This document shows positions 37,626 to 47,869 of a DNA stretch of 64,000 nt, one piece after another. A model generated the notes under the pieces. The model was not told the DNA's origin and made no database searches. It was given only the letters and a program-made list of their open reading frames with translations. The translations under genes were made by a program, and so were the position numbers. Each line of letters begins with the position of its first letter. The stretch's first letter is position 1. The stretch is from a virus: IMG/VR virus record IMGVR_UViG_3300021420_000014; one strand, written 5' to 3'.

Positions 37626-38120
37626 TTACGTGCGCCATCGTTTCCGATTCACGATCTTGGATATCGTATTAGGTTTCCTATTGAATCGCTTGGCTAGTTC
37701 AGTTTGCGGAACTCCGGATTCCCACAGCTTTCTAATTTCGCACACTTGCTCGAATTTTAAGCGCGTAGGATAGTGTTCGTCGCCTGCTGGAAAATGCTGC
37801 CTTCCCTTTTTAAGCATATCTTGCATGTTGTCCTGGCGCGTTCCAGTGAATAGGTGAGTAGGTCGAATACAATTAGGTTGGTCGCAATGATGAAACAGCT
37901 CATGGCCCTCTGGTATTGTATTGCCGTGCAGTTCCCATGATACGCGATGGACTACGCGTAATCCTTTGCTCGTTCCAATTTGTCCATAACCATCCTGATT
38001 TTTAGATCCGGTCCAAATCCAGCACGGCCCTAACTCCGGGCACGACGCAGGGATAGGCCCATTCTTGTCGACATGCTTCCAGAATCGTTCTTTGAGAGTA
38101 TTATCTGTAGGACAGGGCAT
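37626..38120 (-). mobile_element. HNH homing endonuclease with C-terminal HTH
   Basis: RFW..V.K...CWIWTG; HRVSW; HHCDQPNCIRPTHL..GT..DN. Confidence 0.92.
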
Positions 38121-38180
38121 CGCGCCTCCTGTCAGGTGCGGTGTTCTTCGGGGTCTGCGTGTCCAGCGCAGGCCCTTTTA
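38115..38180 (+). ncRNA. HNH-associated two-hairpin element, copy 1
   Basis: stems close with G-U pairs only on the + strand; conserved in three copies. Confidence 0.55.
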
Positions 38181-38247
38181 TTTTATCATTTGACAGTGTT
38201 GCTTTTCACGCATATGAAGGGACAGGATGTAGCTCTTCAGAGGGTAT

Positions 38248-38460
38248 CTGCCAGACATAACCTACGAATGCCTCGAATGCGGACATCAGATCACTGAATT
38301 TATTGCTTGTCAATCTTCCATGAAGAAGGGCATCTGCGGTCCTTGCGCAGTTAAGCTGATTCGGATTGCCTTTCCTCCGCGGTTTTCCAAAATTGAATGG
38401 TTCTTTGTTCGGATCAAGCGGCGTCTACTAAAAGAGAAACCAGTTGCAATCGCTGCTTGA
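38248..38460 (+). CDS. FmdB-like zinc-ribbon protein (70 aa); probable CTG start
   Basis: P..TYEC.ECGH...C.PC; SD GAGGG; in-frame TAG upstream. Confidence 0.6.
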   Translation: MPDITYECLECGHQITEFIACQSSMKKGICGPCAVKLIRIAFPPRFSKIEWFFVRIKRRLLKEKPVAIAA

Positions 38461-38710
38461 CGGATTGCCTTGACGGTTTTATCATCTGGTCCAGAATCAG
38501 ACTGCCTCGCAATCCTGCCGAGACTATTTGATTCTCCCTTGGGGCCTAGCCCTTGCTGGGCCCTTTAATCTGGAGACGCTCTCGTTGAAAATATTGAGCT
38601 ACTCCTAAAATCCGCAAAAGCTGTTCAGGAATACCGCGGCTAACCCAAGCGAGGACGCTCGCAAGCCGCTCAGCAGTTAAAATCCAAACTGAATCCAAGA
38701 GCAAGAGTAA

Positions 38711-39388
38711 ATGCGCGTACACGAAGTCTACATGGATGGGATCTCCGTTCGTATCGCGCCGCTGACCTTCGATGAAACCGAGCAGTACATCGAGGAAAAT
38801 CGCGCGTCGGCGAAACATACCCACCGAGAATGGACAGAGCGCAGTTTGGAGACGGTATGCCGAGCATTAAATAAGGCGGCTGGCCGAGAGGCATGGACGA
38901 TCGAGCGAATCAAGTCAGAGTTGGATCTTGCCTTCTTCCTTTATTTGCACGAACAGATTCTGAACAAGAGTGGGCTCATTACTGTCGCACCGGAAGAGGA
39001 CCATGATGTCGATTTTGCCTTCATTCGCTGCCGCATCGTTACCGAACTTGGCATGACGCCAAATGAAGTAGGAGCAATGGATTTCCCGTTCGTGCAAGAG
39101 TTGCTTGAGTACTGGCTCGATTATCCGCCAGCGCACGTGCTTTTGCGCGCACAAGTTGGATATGACCCGAAGAAGCAAAACTGGCGAGAGCATCGCGCTA
39201 ATGAAGTTGGCGATGAAAGCTATGCACCGGAGCGTAAATCTATAGCTTCACGGCATTCATCGTCTGCTGAAGAAGTCCGTATGGCCATGAATTCCTTTAC
39301 AGGAGCACGACATCTCGATTGTGCTCCAGGCCACATTCAAGAAGCAGTCGCCCGCGCTAAACGCGGCGATCATCTTAACGTTCCGTAA
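38711..39388 (+). CDS. tail assembly chaperone, G-T-like fusion
   Basis: between tube and TMP; C-half ..ELG.TP.EV..M....L.EYW...PP. Confidence 0.7.
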   Translation: MRVHEVYMDGISVRIAPLTFDETEQYIEENRASAKHTHREWTERSLETVCRALNKAAGREAWTIERIKSELDLAFFLYLHEQILNKSGLITVAPEEDHDVDFAFIRCRIVTELGMTPNEVGAMDFPFVQELLEYWLDYPPAHVLLRAQVGYDPKKQNWREHRANEVGDESYAPERKSIASRHSSSAEEVRMAMNSFTGARHLDCAPGHIQEAVARAKRGDHLNVP

Positions 39389-39401
39389 CCGAGGTGAAAC
39401 G

Positions 39402-39734
39402 ATGGTTCGTGTAGTTGATTTCAAGATCGATGAATTCGTTAGTGTAAGGCTTGCGGCAATGAGTTGGGCCGAGGCTGAGAAGTTTCAGGAAGAGACAGCG
39501 CAACTGCTCGCTAACAAAGAAGCAACAAAATCGGAAGATTGGATGGGTCTTACGCAACGCACCGTCATTGAATCGATCAAAAAGGCAACAACGATTAGGC
39601 CCATAGATGGTCAGCCAACAAATGGAGATTTCACCTTAGAGGTTTTGAAGAGGGATTTTGATTTGCCAGCCATCAATGCGATGTACTTTAAGGTGCTCGA
39701 AATCTCCGGTCTCAAGACAGAGGTTAAATCTTAA
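39402..39734 (+). CDS. tail assembly chaperone, stand-alone G-like paralog
   Basis: aligns with the N-half of 38711; SD GAGGTG. Confidence 0.7.
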   Translation: MVRVVDFKIDEFVSVRLAAMSWAEAEKFQEETAQLLANKEATKSEDWMGLTQRTVIESIKKATTIRPIDGQPTNGDFTLEVLKRDFDLPAINAMYFKVLEISGLKTEVKS

Positions 39735-42088
39735 TGGCAGACGATAACCTTCGAATTTCTGCATCTATGGATGTGGGCCCGATCGTCAGCGGTACCAATG
39801 CTGCTGGCGCGGCCGTACAAAGTCTGGCTGACAAGTTCAAACAAGTTGCTGCCGATGCCCAAAGGGCCGGAGATGCTGTCTTAGCTCAAGCGGCTCGCTT
39901 TCAAGCTCAAGGATTGACGGCAGAACAAGCTGCTCAAGCCCTAATGCATTTTGGCAGCAGCGCAACGGAAGCAGCTACAGCAGCAGCGGCGGCAGCAAGT
40001 GCCGCAGGCGTGGAAGCCGCAGCTCTCACAACGGTCGCCGAGGCCGCAACCGGGGCTGGCGTGAGCATGCAAGCGAGTGCCATGGCCGGTGCTAAGGTTA
40101 GAGAAGAATTAGGCGCACTCACCGGAAGCATCGGTGGCATTGAATACGGCTTGGCGCGCGTCGCTTCCCGCATACCAAGTTTGATTCCGATCATCAGCGA
40201 TGTTTTCCCTCTCTTCCTAGCTATCGGTTTCGTGGAAATGCTCGGCGCGATGATTAGCAAGATAGGCGAAGTTGTGTCTGCGTATGAAGGGTGGGACGCG
40301 GTAACTCAAAGACTTTATGCCGATGCCCTCAAGGCAAACGCAGAGGAGATGAAGTACACCACCGATCTAAAGATCCAGCAGATGGAATTGAACGAGATTG
40401 GCCTCAAAGGATCCGAGCTCGAAGCAGTATCGGCAAAAGATGCTCACGCTGCAGCACTATTGAAGACCGCAGATGCCGCGGCAGAACTTGCCGTACAACG
40501 AGATCTTTTGGCCCAGCGTGACAAGACCGCAGCGCAATCCATGCGGGAACAAGGAGTACCAGAAACTGCGATTCGCCCATGGATGGAACAGCAAGCTCTC
40601 GTCAGAGAAGGCAGCAAAGAATGGGACGATCTTACCAAGCGTGCGGCTGAAGCCGGAGAAAAAGCAAGAGACTATGCAAAGGAAGGACAGAACCTAGAGC
40701 TCGTCAAGCTTCCAACCGACAAGCTAAAGGAAACGGCGGATCTAGCCAAAGAGGTGGCAGAGCAAGAGAAAAAATTGCGAGAGATCTGGGATCAGACGGG
40801 CAAGGACGCTGTGAAGGCCTACGATTTGCAGATCGCCGCCACCAAAAATAGGACTAAGGCGGAAGAAGAGATGGGCTTGGCTGTTTCCTCATCAAGCGAT
40901 AGAGAGGTGCGAGCTGCATCAGAAGCCGCAGTAGAAAAAGTCAAGTTTGAAAACGATTATCTGGCCGCTCTTCGGAGCGGTGAAGAACAAGCCGCACTGA
41001 TATCGATAGGAGCTCAGGAGATTGCCGCAAAGCAGCATGCTGAGATGCAGAAGGAAAAGCTTCGCGTATCTCTAGAATCGGCTCCTCACAAATCTAAAGA
41101 CCTAGGAAAGCTACAAACCGATGAGCTAGAAACGCAGAAGCGGCTAGAACAGGAAAAGGCCGACGCTGTTGTCAAAAGCCTAGAGGCACAGCGCGACGCC
41201 ATGGGTTCGCATGCTGCGGAGCTGGGGTCTATTAGCGGTATAGGCGTGGGGACAGCACCGCGGGCAGTGCCGGAAAATGCCGCCGACGCAGCACTGCTAG
41301 CGAAATGGCAAGAGTTACAAAACAAAATCGTCGATGCCAAGAAACAAGCTGCTGCAAAGATGCAAGAGATCGACGGCCAGATCAAGCTCTCCAATCAGCA
41401 AACGGCTAATCAGATCCAGCAATACTGGGCGTCCACCATGATGCGGTTCATGCAGCCGTTCGAGACTGCCTTCGACGGTGTGATCAAAGGAACTGAGTCC
41501 GTAAAGTTCGCCTTCATTAAGTTGGGCGGCGAACTAGTCATGAACATGGTTCATTCCCTAGAACAAATGCTTATGAAATGGATTACCACGCATGTTGCCA
41601 TGACGATTGTGCATGCTCTGATGGGCCAGCAGCAGGTGATTCAGGATACTACTACAGCTGCGGAAAAGCAGGCAATTCAGGCGGCATCGGCCACTGCGAC
41701 CATTACGCAATATGCTGGCGTGGCTGCCGCCGAAGCTTATGCCGCCGAAGCTGCGGTTCCTGTAGTGGGTCCGGGCTTGGCGGCAGGCGCGGCGGCCACA
41801 GCCTTCTCTGAAGTTATGGCCTTCAACGCATTCGCTGCCGCGCAGAAAGGCGCGATCGTGCCACGGAACATGCCCCTCAATGTGCACGAAGGGGAAATGG
41901 TGCTCCCTGCTGGGATTTCTAGACCATTACAGCAAGCGTTAAGTCCTGGCGGCGGTGGGATAGGCGCTAATCCGACGAATGTTCATATCCACGCAATGGA
42001 CAGTGAAAGTATGCGTAGTTTTCTATATCGCAACCAACGCACTTTTGTCTCTTTAGCGCGCGGAGCCATCCGAAACGGGAGATTCTAG
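39734..42088 (+). CDS. tape measure protein
   Basis: 784 aa, Ala-rich and helical; C-terminal VHEGEMVLPA. Confidence 0.9.
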   Translation: MADDNLRISASMDVGPIVSGTNAAGAAVQSLADKFKQVAADAQRAGDAVLAQAARFQAQGLTAEQAAQALMHFGSSATEAATAAAAAASAAGVEAAALTTVAEAATGAGVSMQASAMAGAKVREELGALTGSIGGIEYGLARVASRIPSLIPIISDVFPLFLAIGFVEMLGAMISKIGEVVSAYEGWDAVTQRLYADALKANAEEMKYTTDLKIQQMELNEIGLKGSELEAVSAKDAHAAALLKTADAAAELAVQRDLLAQRDKTAAQSMREQGVPETAIRPWMEQQALVREGSKEWDDLTKRAAEAGEKARDYAKEGQNLELVKLPTDKLKETADLAKEVAEQEKKLREIWDQTGKDAVKAYDLQIAATKNRTKAEEEMGLAVSSSSDREVRAASEAAVEKVKFENDYLAALRSGEEQAALISIGAQEIAAKQHAEMQKEKLRVSLESAPHKSKDLGKLQTDELETQKRLEQEKADAVVKSLEAQRDAMGSHAAELGSISGIGVGTAPRAVPENAADAALLAKWQELQNKIVDAKKQAAAKMQEIDGQIKLSNQQTANQIQQYWASTMMRFMQPFETAFDGVIKGTESVKFAFIKLGGELVMNMVHSLEQMLMKWITTHVAMTIVHALMGQQQVIQDTTTAAEKQAIQAASATATITQYAGVAAAEAYAAEAAVPVVGPGLAAGAAATAFSEVMAFNAFAAAQKGAIVPRNMPLNVHEGEMVLPAGISRPLQQALSPGGGGIGANPTNVHIHAMDSESMRSFLYRNQRTFVSLARGAIRNGRF

Positions 42089-42983
42089 AGGACATGTTTC
42101 CAACTTCGCCTGTGAACTATACCCCAAATTGTTGCAATATGGACCTTAAAGCTTCGCGCGATATCTGCCAGTCTTTCCGTTCGTGCTCTCCATCTTATCT
42201 CTCTAACTTGATCCTCATTAAGTATAGAATTTTTGTTTTGCGAGCCTGGGAAGGATTTATTTCTTCCTTTTGCCATCATGTCATCAGCATTCTCTTTATG
42301 GTTGCCAAGGAAAAGATGCGAAAGACGTACACATGGCGGATTGTCACACTTGTGCAGAACGCTAATGTCTCCGGATCTTCTCCTGTTTGTATAAGCCACG
42401 CCACTCTATTAACTCTACTGATTCTGCCGTCGATGCTCATATGCCCATAGCCTTGGCGCTGACGGTATCCAGTCCAAATCCAGCATGGCCCCAATTCAGG
42501 GCAATCTTCTGGCATAGGTCCCTTTTTGTTAACCTTAGCCCAAAAGCGTTCTTCCAACGTCGGAGGTGGTTTGCGTTCTTGCGTCCGGATACGTCTAATC
42601 CAATAATCTATCCCACTTGGATGGTAAGATCTATTTCTGGCGATCATTTCAGCGATATTCTCCGCTTGAGTACCCACCCTCAGATGATCTGGATTGGGAC
42701 AGCCCATGTTGTCGCAATGATGGAGCACACAATAACCGTCAGGTACCGGCCCATTGTGCAATTCCCAAGAGACCTTGTGCGCATGCTGAGTCCCCTTGCT
42801 CGTACCAATTTGGCCGCGGCCATCCTCTTTTTTATAACCAAGCCAAATCCAGCATGGGCCAAGTTCTGGGCAATGCTTTGGAACCTGGCCGTTCTTATCT
42901 ATCTTTTGCCAGAATCTTTCGGCAAGAGTGGAATCAAGGCACTGGTTCTTGACGTGTTTGGCAGTAGAATCGAGAGAAAGCAT
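42085..42983 (-). pseudogene. tandem double-HNH endonuclease with a 1-nt frameshift near 42372
   Basis: two CPELGPCWIW units; the second HNH continues in another frame. Confidence 0.8.
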
Positions 42984-43042
42984 CGCGCCTCCTTAGTAGG
43001 CGTGGTGTTCAGCGCGGGGGCGTTTACGCGTCCTCGCGCTTT
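42979..43042 (+). ncRNA. HNH-associated two-hairpin element, copy 2
   Basis: same architecture as copy 1. Confidence 0.55.
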
Positions 43043-43053
43043 CGCATTCTAAC

Positions 43054-43251
43054 ATGGCTGTCGAACGTCAGATTCTGACGGTTGTTTCAAAAGACGGCAA
43101 CGTTTTGCAATTAGAAACCGAAGCTGGTGAGAAATGGTCGCTCGATTTAGATACGGCGGTTGAATTCGAAGTTGGCGATCAGTTTACGTGGGATGGCACA
43201 ACATTACACATCCTACAGGCAAAAAGAGTCAAAGAGGATTTTGTTAACTGA
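43054..43251 (+). CDS. small hypothetical protein
   Basis: 65-aa acidic beta-rich ORF. Confidence 0.55.
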   Translation: MAVERQILTVVSKDGNVLQLETEAGEKWSLDLDTAVEFEVGDQFTWDGTTLHILQAKRVKEDFVN

Positions 43252-43289
43252 CATGATCCGTGGCGCGATAAGGAATGGGAGGTTCTGAC

Positions 43290-43658
43290 GTGAAGAGAAT
43301 CGCACTTTGCCTGCTGTGTGTGCTCGCGTTCTTCATTGGACGAGGTTATTCACAGACCGTTTACACTACCGTGACAATCGCCAATGGTACTGCAGCTCTT
43401 GGAACCGGTGCCATTAACTCCGGAACGTGCGCCAGTGTGGTCACCATCTCAGCACCGGGCACACTGAGTACCGACAACATCATTGCTGATTTCAATACCG
43501 ATCCGACCGGAGTTACCGGCTATAGCCCCACATCAGGAGGTATTCTAACGATCATCAAGTATCCAGGTCTGAATACTGTCTCGTTCAAGGTATGTAACAG
43601 CACCACTTTGCCAATTACACCGGGGCCCATAACCTTGAACTGGAGGGTGCCACGTTGA
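43290..43658 (+). CDS. signal-peptide-bearing small beta-sandwich protein
   Basis: MKRIALCLLCVLAFFIGRGYS|Q. Confidence 0.7.
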   Translation: MKRIALCLLCVLAFFIGRGYSQTVYTTVTIANGTAALGTGAINSGTCASVVTISAPGTLSTDNIIADFNTDPTGVTGYSPTSGGILTIIKYPGLNTVSFKVCNSTTLPITPGPITLNWRVPR

Positions 43659-45886
43659 AGCTCTTCGTTATAGCTGCGGCCATCTTGCTTTTAGCCATTC
43701 CGGCGCACGCGCAACTCTGGTCTGGAGTCATCTCCGCAGGCCGCGCTATAGATTGGTCATCTGCTGGCGTCGTCGGTGGAATTCCAGACGCAGCTTGGAC
43801 TCAATGCGGTTCAACCATCGCGGCCTACGGGACGGTGGGCACTCCTGGTGCTCCAACTACGATCAACAGCGCCATCGCAGCTTGTGGCGTAAACCAATAC
43901 GTGCTGCTAGGGATTGGCACCTTCGTTCTAAATGCCAAGATAGATTTTGCTTCAAAGTCGAATGTTGTCCTGCGCGGTGCCGGAGCAGACCAGACAATTA
44001 TTAAGTTTACAGCAGGACCGGGGACCGGATGTTTTGGGCTCGGCGGTGCTGTTTGTATTACAGGCCAAGATAATTTTGACATTCGGGATAACGTTCAAAA
44101 CTCTGCGAACTGGACGGCTGGATACGCCCAAGGTGCAACATCGATCACTTTGAGCAATACCACAAACTTGCAAATCGGTGCTCTTTTAGTGCTTTGGCAA
44201 GCAGATCAGGCAACCGATCCGGGCACGATTTGGAATTGTCAGAATACTGGAGCGTTAGGAGATTGTTCGGAGCAAGGAGGCCAAAACGGTCCTTCTGGCA
44301 ACAGTCAAACGCAAACTGTCACTGTAACTTCTATCCCCGGAGGAGGCGCAGGAGGCGCAGTTGGCATTTCTCCTGGTCTGTATTCGCCGATCTGGTCGGG
44401 AACTTTCTCGCCTGCGGCAGGCTGGAATACCCATCTGCCAGTTCAGAACGATGGCGTTGAAAACCTTACGCTTGATGGTTCTCTCACGACTGATAGCCCA
44501 GGTAGTGCGGGGTCATTCATCTTTTTTGGTTGGGCTAAAAACTGCTGGGTAACAGGCGTTCGCACGATCAACAATGGCTCACCGCCGGACAGAAATAATA
44601 TCTGGAGCTATTTGTCGTCGCATTTGACGATCCAGAATAACTATTCTTACGGGTCGAACGGTTCTAATCTGAGTTATGGGCACGAAGTATCTTTCATGTC
44701 TGACGACATTCTGGACGCAAACAATATATTTCAACACGTTGCCGGTGCTGAAATAATGAATGGCGGAGCGGGAAACGTCTTTGCGTACAACTTCTCGGTG
44801 GACAATTACTACACTGCGGGCGGCACGGCCCCCAATTTCGAGCAATCAGATTCCTACCCTTCTCACCAAGACGGTTCCTATTTCAATCTGTTTGAAGGCA
44901 ATGTTGGAGCAAAAATTGCTTCCGACGATATTCACGGCACGAGTTGGATGGTAACTGCATTTCGGAACCGCTGGACCGGGAGGGACGGTCCATTCAAGGT
45001 CGCGAGCACGATGGTCGCGGACATTGAAGCCTATTCACGCTATTACAACCTGATTGGTAATGTGATGGGTGAGTCCGGCTACCATACGACGTACAAAGAC
45101 ATCCCCTCTTCGAATGTCGATAATACTGGCTGCACGACTACAGGGAATGTCTCGATCTATGCACTAGGATGGGCGGGCGGACAGGCTTGCAACTACAGCA
45201 TTGTTTACAACGACACCAATGTCGCTCCTTTCTCTTATTTTTGGGGCAATTACGATGTCGTTACCGCAGCAGTCAGGTGGTGCGGGAATTCTGGCGATCC
45301 AGGCTGGTCGACGACGTGTAGCAGCACTTCGGAAGTCCCGACTGGTTTGGGCTCTTATGCTCAGACCGTTCCGTCCAGTACTGCGCTTCCTACATCGTTT
45401 TATTATTCGTCCAAGCCCTCGTGGTACAACGACGGAATCGGACACTCCGCACTTCACTATCCTGCGATTGGCCCCGATCTTTCTGGTGGCCCTGATCCGG
45501 GCGGCTTCGGCTATGCGATCCCCGCGCAGTTGTGTTTCAACAATACAAGCTACGATACAAATTATTCCGTTTCGGATTCCATAACCTCAATCAGTGAGGC
45601 GGGAACCACGGCGACCGCTACGCTTAGTTCAAGTGCGCCGGCGAGCTTCACGCAATATCAATCGTTTTGGATCACGGGCTCTTCGGTCGCTGGCTACAAC
45701 CGTCTCTGGCAGATAGCGACGGTAGCAGGAACCACGCTGACGTTCACTGCGACTTCCGGCCTAGGGTCGGCCACAGGAGGAAGCGCCGCGGTAAATGCAG
45801 TTCATTCTTTCAACGCCAACACCTGCTATAGCGGTGCTCTACCTGCACCTCCTACGCAAGTATCGGCAATCACGATTGGACCTTAA
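43655..45886 (+). CDS. signal-peptide-bearing pectate-lyase-like beta-helix protein
   Basis: ...AHA|Q; INSAIAAC...L..GTF; VVLRGAG.DQT; GVENLTLDG. Confidence 0.8.
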   Translation: MKLFVIAAAILLLAIPAHAQLWSGVISAGRAIDWSSAGVVGGIPDAAWTQCGSTIAAYGTVGTPGAPTTINSAIAACGVNQYVLLGIGTFVLNAKIDFASKSNVVLRGAGADQTIIKFTAGPGTGCFGLGGAVCITGQDNFDIRDNVQNSANWTAGYAQGATSITLSNTTNLQIGALLVLWQADQATDPGTIWNCQNTGALGDCSEQGGQNGPSGNSQTQTVTVTSIPGGGAGGAVGISPGLYSPIWSGTFSPAAGWNTHLPVQNDGVENLTLDGSLTTDSPGSAGSFIFFGWAKNCWVTGVRTINNGSPPDRNNIWSYLSSHLTIQNNYSYGSNGSNLSYGHEVSFMSDDILDANNIFQHVAGAEIMNGGAGNVFAYNFSVDNYYTAGGTAPNFEQSDSYPSHQDGSYFNLFEGNVGAKIASDDIHGTSWMVTAFRNRWTGRDGPFKVASTMVADIEAYSRYYNLIGNVMGESGYHTTYKDIPSSNVDNTGCTTTGNVSIYALGWAGGQACNYSIVYNDTNVAPFSYFWGNYDVVTAAVRWCGNSGDPGWSTTCSSTSEVPTGLGSYAQTVPSSTALPTSFYYSSKPSWYNDGIGHSALHYPAIGPDLSGGPDPGGFGYAIPAQLCFNNTSYDTNYSVSDSITSISEAGTTATATLSSSAPASFTQYQSFWITGSSVAGYNRLWQIATVAGTTLTFTATSGLGSATGGSAAVNAVHSFNANTCYSGALPAPPTQVSAITIGP

Positions 45887-45907
45887 TGCACGCTGATGGA
45901 CTAACTA

Positions 45908-46906
45908 ATGTTCAATCTCAGAGATTCATCGGGCTACCTATGGTCAGTAAACGTTCTCGACAACGGCGATTTGACACAAACCAAGGGCTCTCTAGGCTCT
46001 ACGCCAAACGTCTACTTGAACGATCCAACAAATTCCGCATCGTTTCAGATCGGCATCACAATAGTCGGAGGGTTGACCCAGACTTCGGTAACTTTCAATG
46101 CTTTGTATCCAGAATCAATTACTCTGATTTCTCCATCCGGCCTGACGTATGGTTTGTTCATTACGCTGGCTGGCGATTTATTTACAGTTGCTTTCGTGGG
46201 GTTTCCTGTGGCCTTTCCCGTTTATCCGACAATTCGCGGTAAAGCTTGGCCGGTGACTCGTACACAGATGTGGGAGAACCAGGTTCAACGGATGAGCTCT
46301 GGAGCTGAAGTGAGAATTGCTTACTGGGCAAATCCGCTGAAGAGCTGGGAGATTCGCTACGGCGGCGGGGCTAACGACGCTGGCTATATTAAAGATAATC
46401 CAGGCGACATCATGATTGGCGCGACTGAAACGGATATGCGTGTGATCGAAGGTTTCTATAATCAGATGCAAGGCCGCTTTGGTGTTTTCCTTTTTGATGA
46501 TGTGACTCCAGGTTATGCGCAAGGCCAAGGTCCATGGGATTCGGTCGGGATCGTTGGCATGGGTGGCAATCCACCTGTTCAGCAATCGATAGGTACTGGC
46601 GATGGTTCGACGACGACATTTCAGTTGGTCCGTACGATAGGCGGATTCACCGAGGCGATTCAAACTCCATTCACGACGCCGGCACCCAATATTTATTTGA
46701 ATGCTGTCCTGCAGGTTTCTGGCTACTCAATCAATCAAATCGGCCAGTTAATTTTTACCAGCCCTCCTGGCAGTGGTGTGGCGATAACTGGAACTTATGG
46801 CTATTACTGGCCGTGCCGATTTTCAGATGATTCGATTCCATTTGACAATAATTTGCTTTATCTCTGGGCAGCTAAGTCAATCAAAATCGAACAATGCCGT
46901 CTCTAA
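45908..46906 (+). CDS. DUF2460-family distal tail protein with three N-terminal beta-hairpin modules
   Basis: SSG.E.R...W; GTGDGSTTTFQL.R; YWPCRF.DD. Confidence 0.85.
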   Translation: MFNLRDSSGYLWSVNVLDNGDLTQTKGSLGSTPNVYLNDPTNSASFQIGITIVGGLTQTSVTFNALYPESITLISPSGLTYGLFITLAGDLFTVAFVGFPVAFPVYPTIRGKAWPVTRTQMWENQVQRMSSGAEVRIAYWANPLKSWEIRYGGGANDAGYIKDNPGDIMIGATETDMRVIEGFYNQMQGRFGVFLFDDVTPGYAQGQGPWDSVGIVGMGGNPPVQQSIGTGDGSTTTFQLVRTIGGFTEAIQTPFTTPAPNIYLNAVLQVSGYSINQIGQLIFTSPPGSGVAITGTYGYYWPCRFSDDSIPFDNNLLYLWAAKSIKIEQCRL

Positions 46907-46975
46907 AATATGTTTCCACGTCTTCGGGGTGTTCACGCGTTCTGGCCGCTTCCAATTTTACGTCGGGGGTGGCCA

Positions 46976-47869
46976 ATTAAACCAGCGTCCTCGGCTTTCA
47001 AGAACTTGCTTTTTCAAGACTACAGTTACTGGGTCGGCAATCTGTTCACGATTACGCTCTTCGATGGCACGATCTTCACGTGGACAGACTTCGAATATGA
47101 TGTCGTACTCTCCGGCACGCGCTTTTCTTCCCGCGGCCCCTACCCGTTATGGTCTGGCTTCACACAAAAGATCGGCGTAGAAGTAGATGAAGGTAAGCTC
47201 CAGCTTTGGGCACTTCTTACTAACCTCGTTGAGAGCCAGGCCGTCCTCCAAGCGATCGGCACCGGCTTGTTTGATAACGCGGACATCGTGATTCAACGCG
47301 TGATGATGGGAAGCACTGGAGCTCAACCGGCACGGCCGATCAACTTCGATACTTCAGCGGGCGCAGTTACGCTCTTCCATGGCAATGTGTCAGACATCAC
47401 AGAGGTTGATCGAAGTCACGCTGAAATAGACATCAAAAGCAAGAAGGAATTGCTCAATCGACCGTTCCCGGCTCACGTCTATCAGCCGGCGTGCCGTTGG
47501 GATCTTTATGGAGCAGGTTGTACGCTGAACATTAACAATTTCTACATCAATGGCAGCATAGTCGGAAGTGGCTCTCTTAATCTGCTTTTCAATACAACGA
47601 TGACTAATATCGACCACTACTTTGATGAAGGCTTAATCACTTTTACCAGCGGAGCGAATGTTGGTGTTACCAGGACCGTGCGCCTATATCTGAATGCCAG
47701 CGGCCAGACTCTTCTTTTTGTGCCGCTACCTGCGGCTCCCGCTAATGGAGACCAGTTCAAAATGGCACCTGGGTGCGATAAGCAATTGGCTACCTGCCGC
47801 GATAAATTTAACAACTTAATTAACCTGGGTTCGATGCCCTTCGTACCGGTCGCAGAAAGTGCTATCTAG
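46976..47869 (+). CDS. DUF2163-family baseplate hub protein (start ATT 46976 or ATG 46910)
   Basis: LFTITL.DG; CRWDLY..GC; PGCDK....C..KFNN..N..G.PFVP. Confidence 0.85.
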   Translation: MKPASSAFKNLLFQDYSYWVGNLFTITLFDGTIFTWTDFEYDVVLSGTRFSSRGPYPLWSGFTQKIGVEVDEGKLQLWALLTNLVESQAVLQAIGTGLFDNADIVIQRVMMGSTGAQPARPINFDTSAGAVTLFHGNVSDITEVDRSHAEIDIKSKKELLNRPFPAHVYQPACRWDLYGAGCTLNINNFYINGSIVGSGSLNLLFNTTMTNIDHYFDEGLITFTSGANVGVTRTVRLYLNASGQTLLFVPLPAAPANGDQFKMAPGCDKQLATCRDKFNNLINLGSMPFVPVAESAI

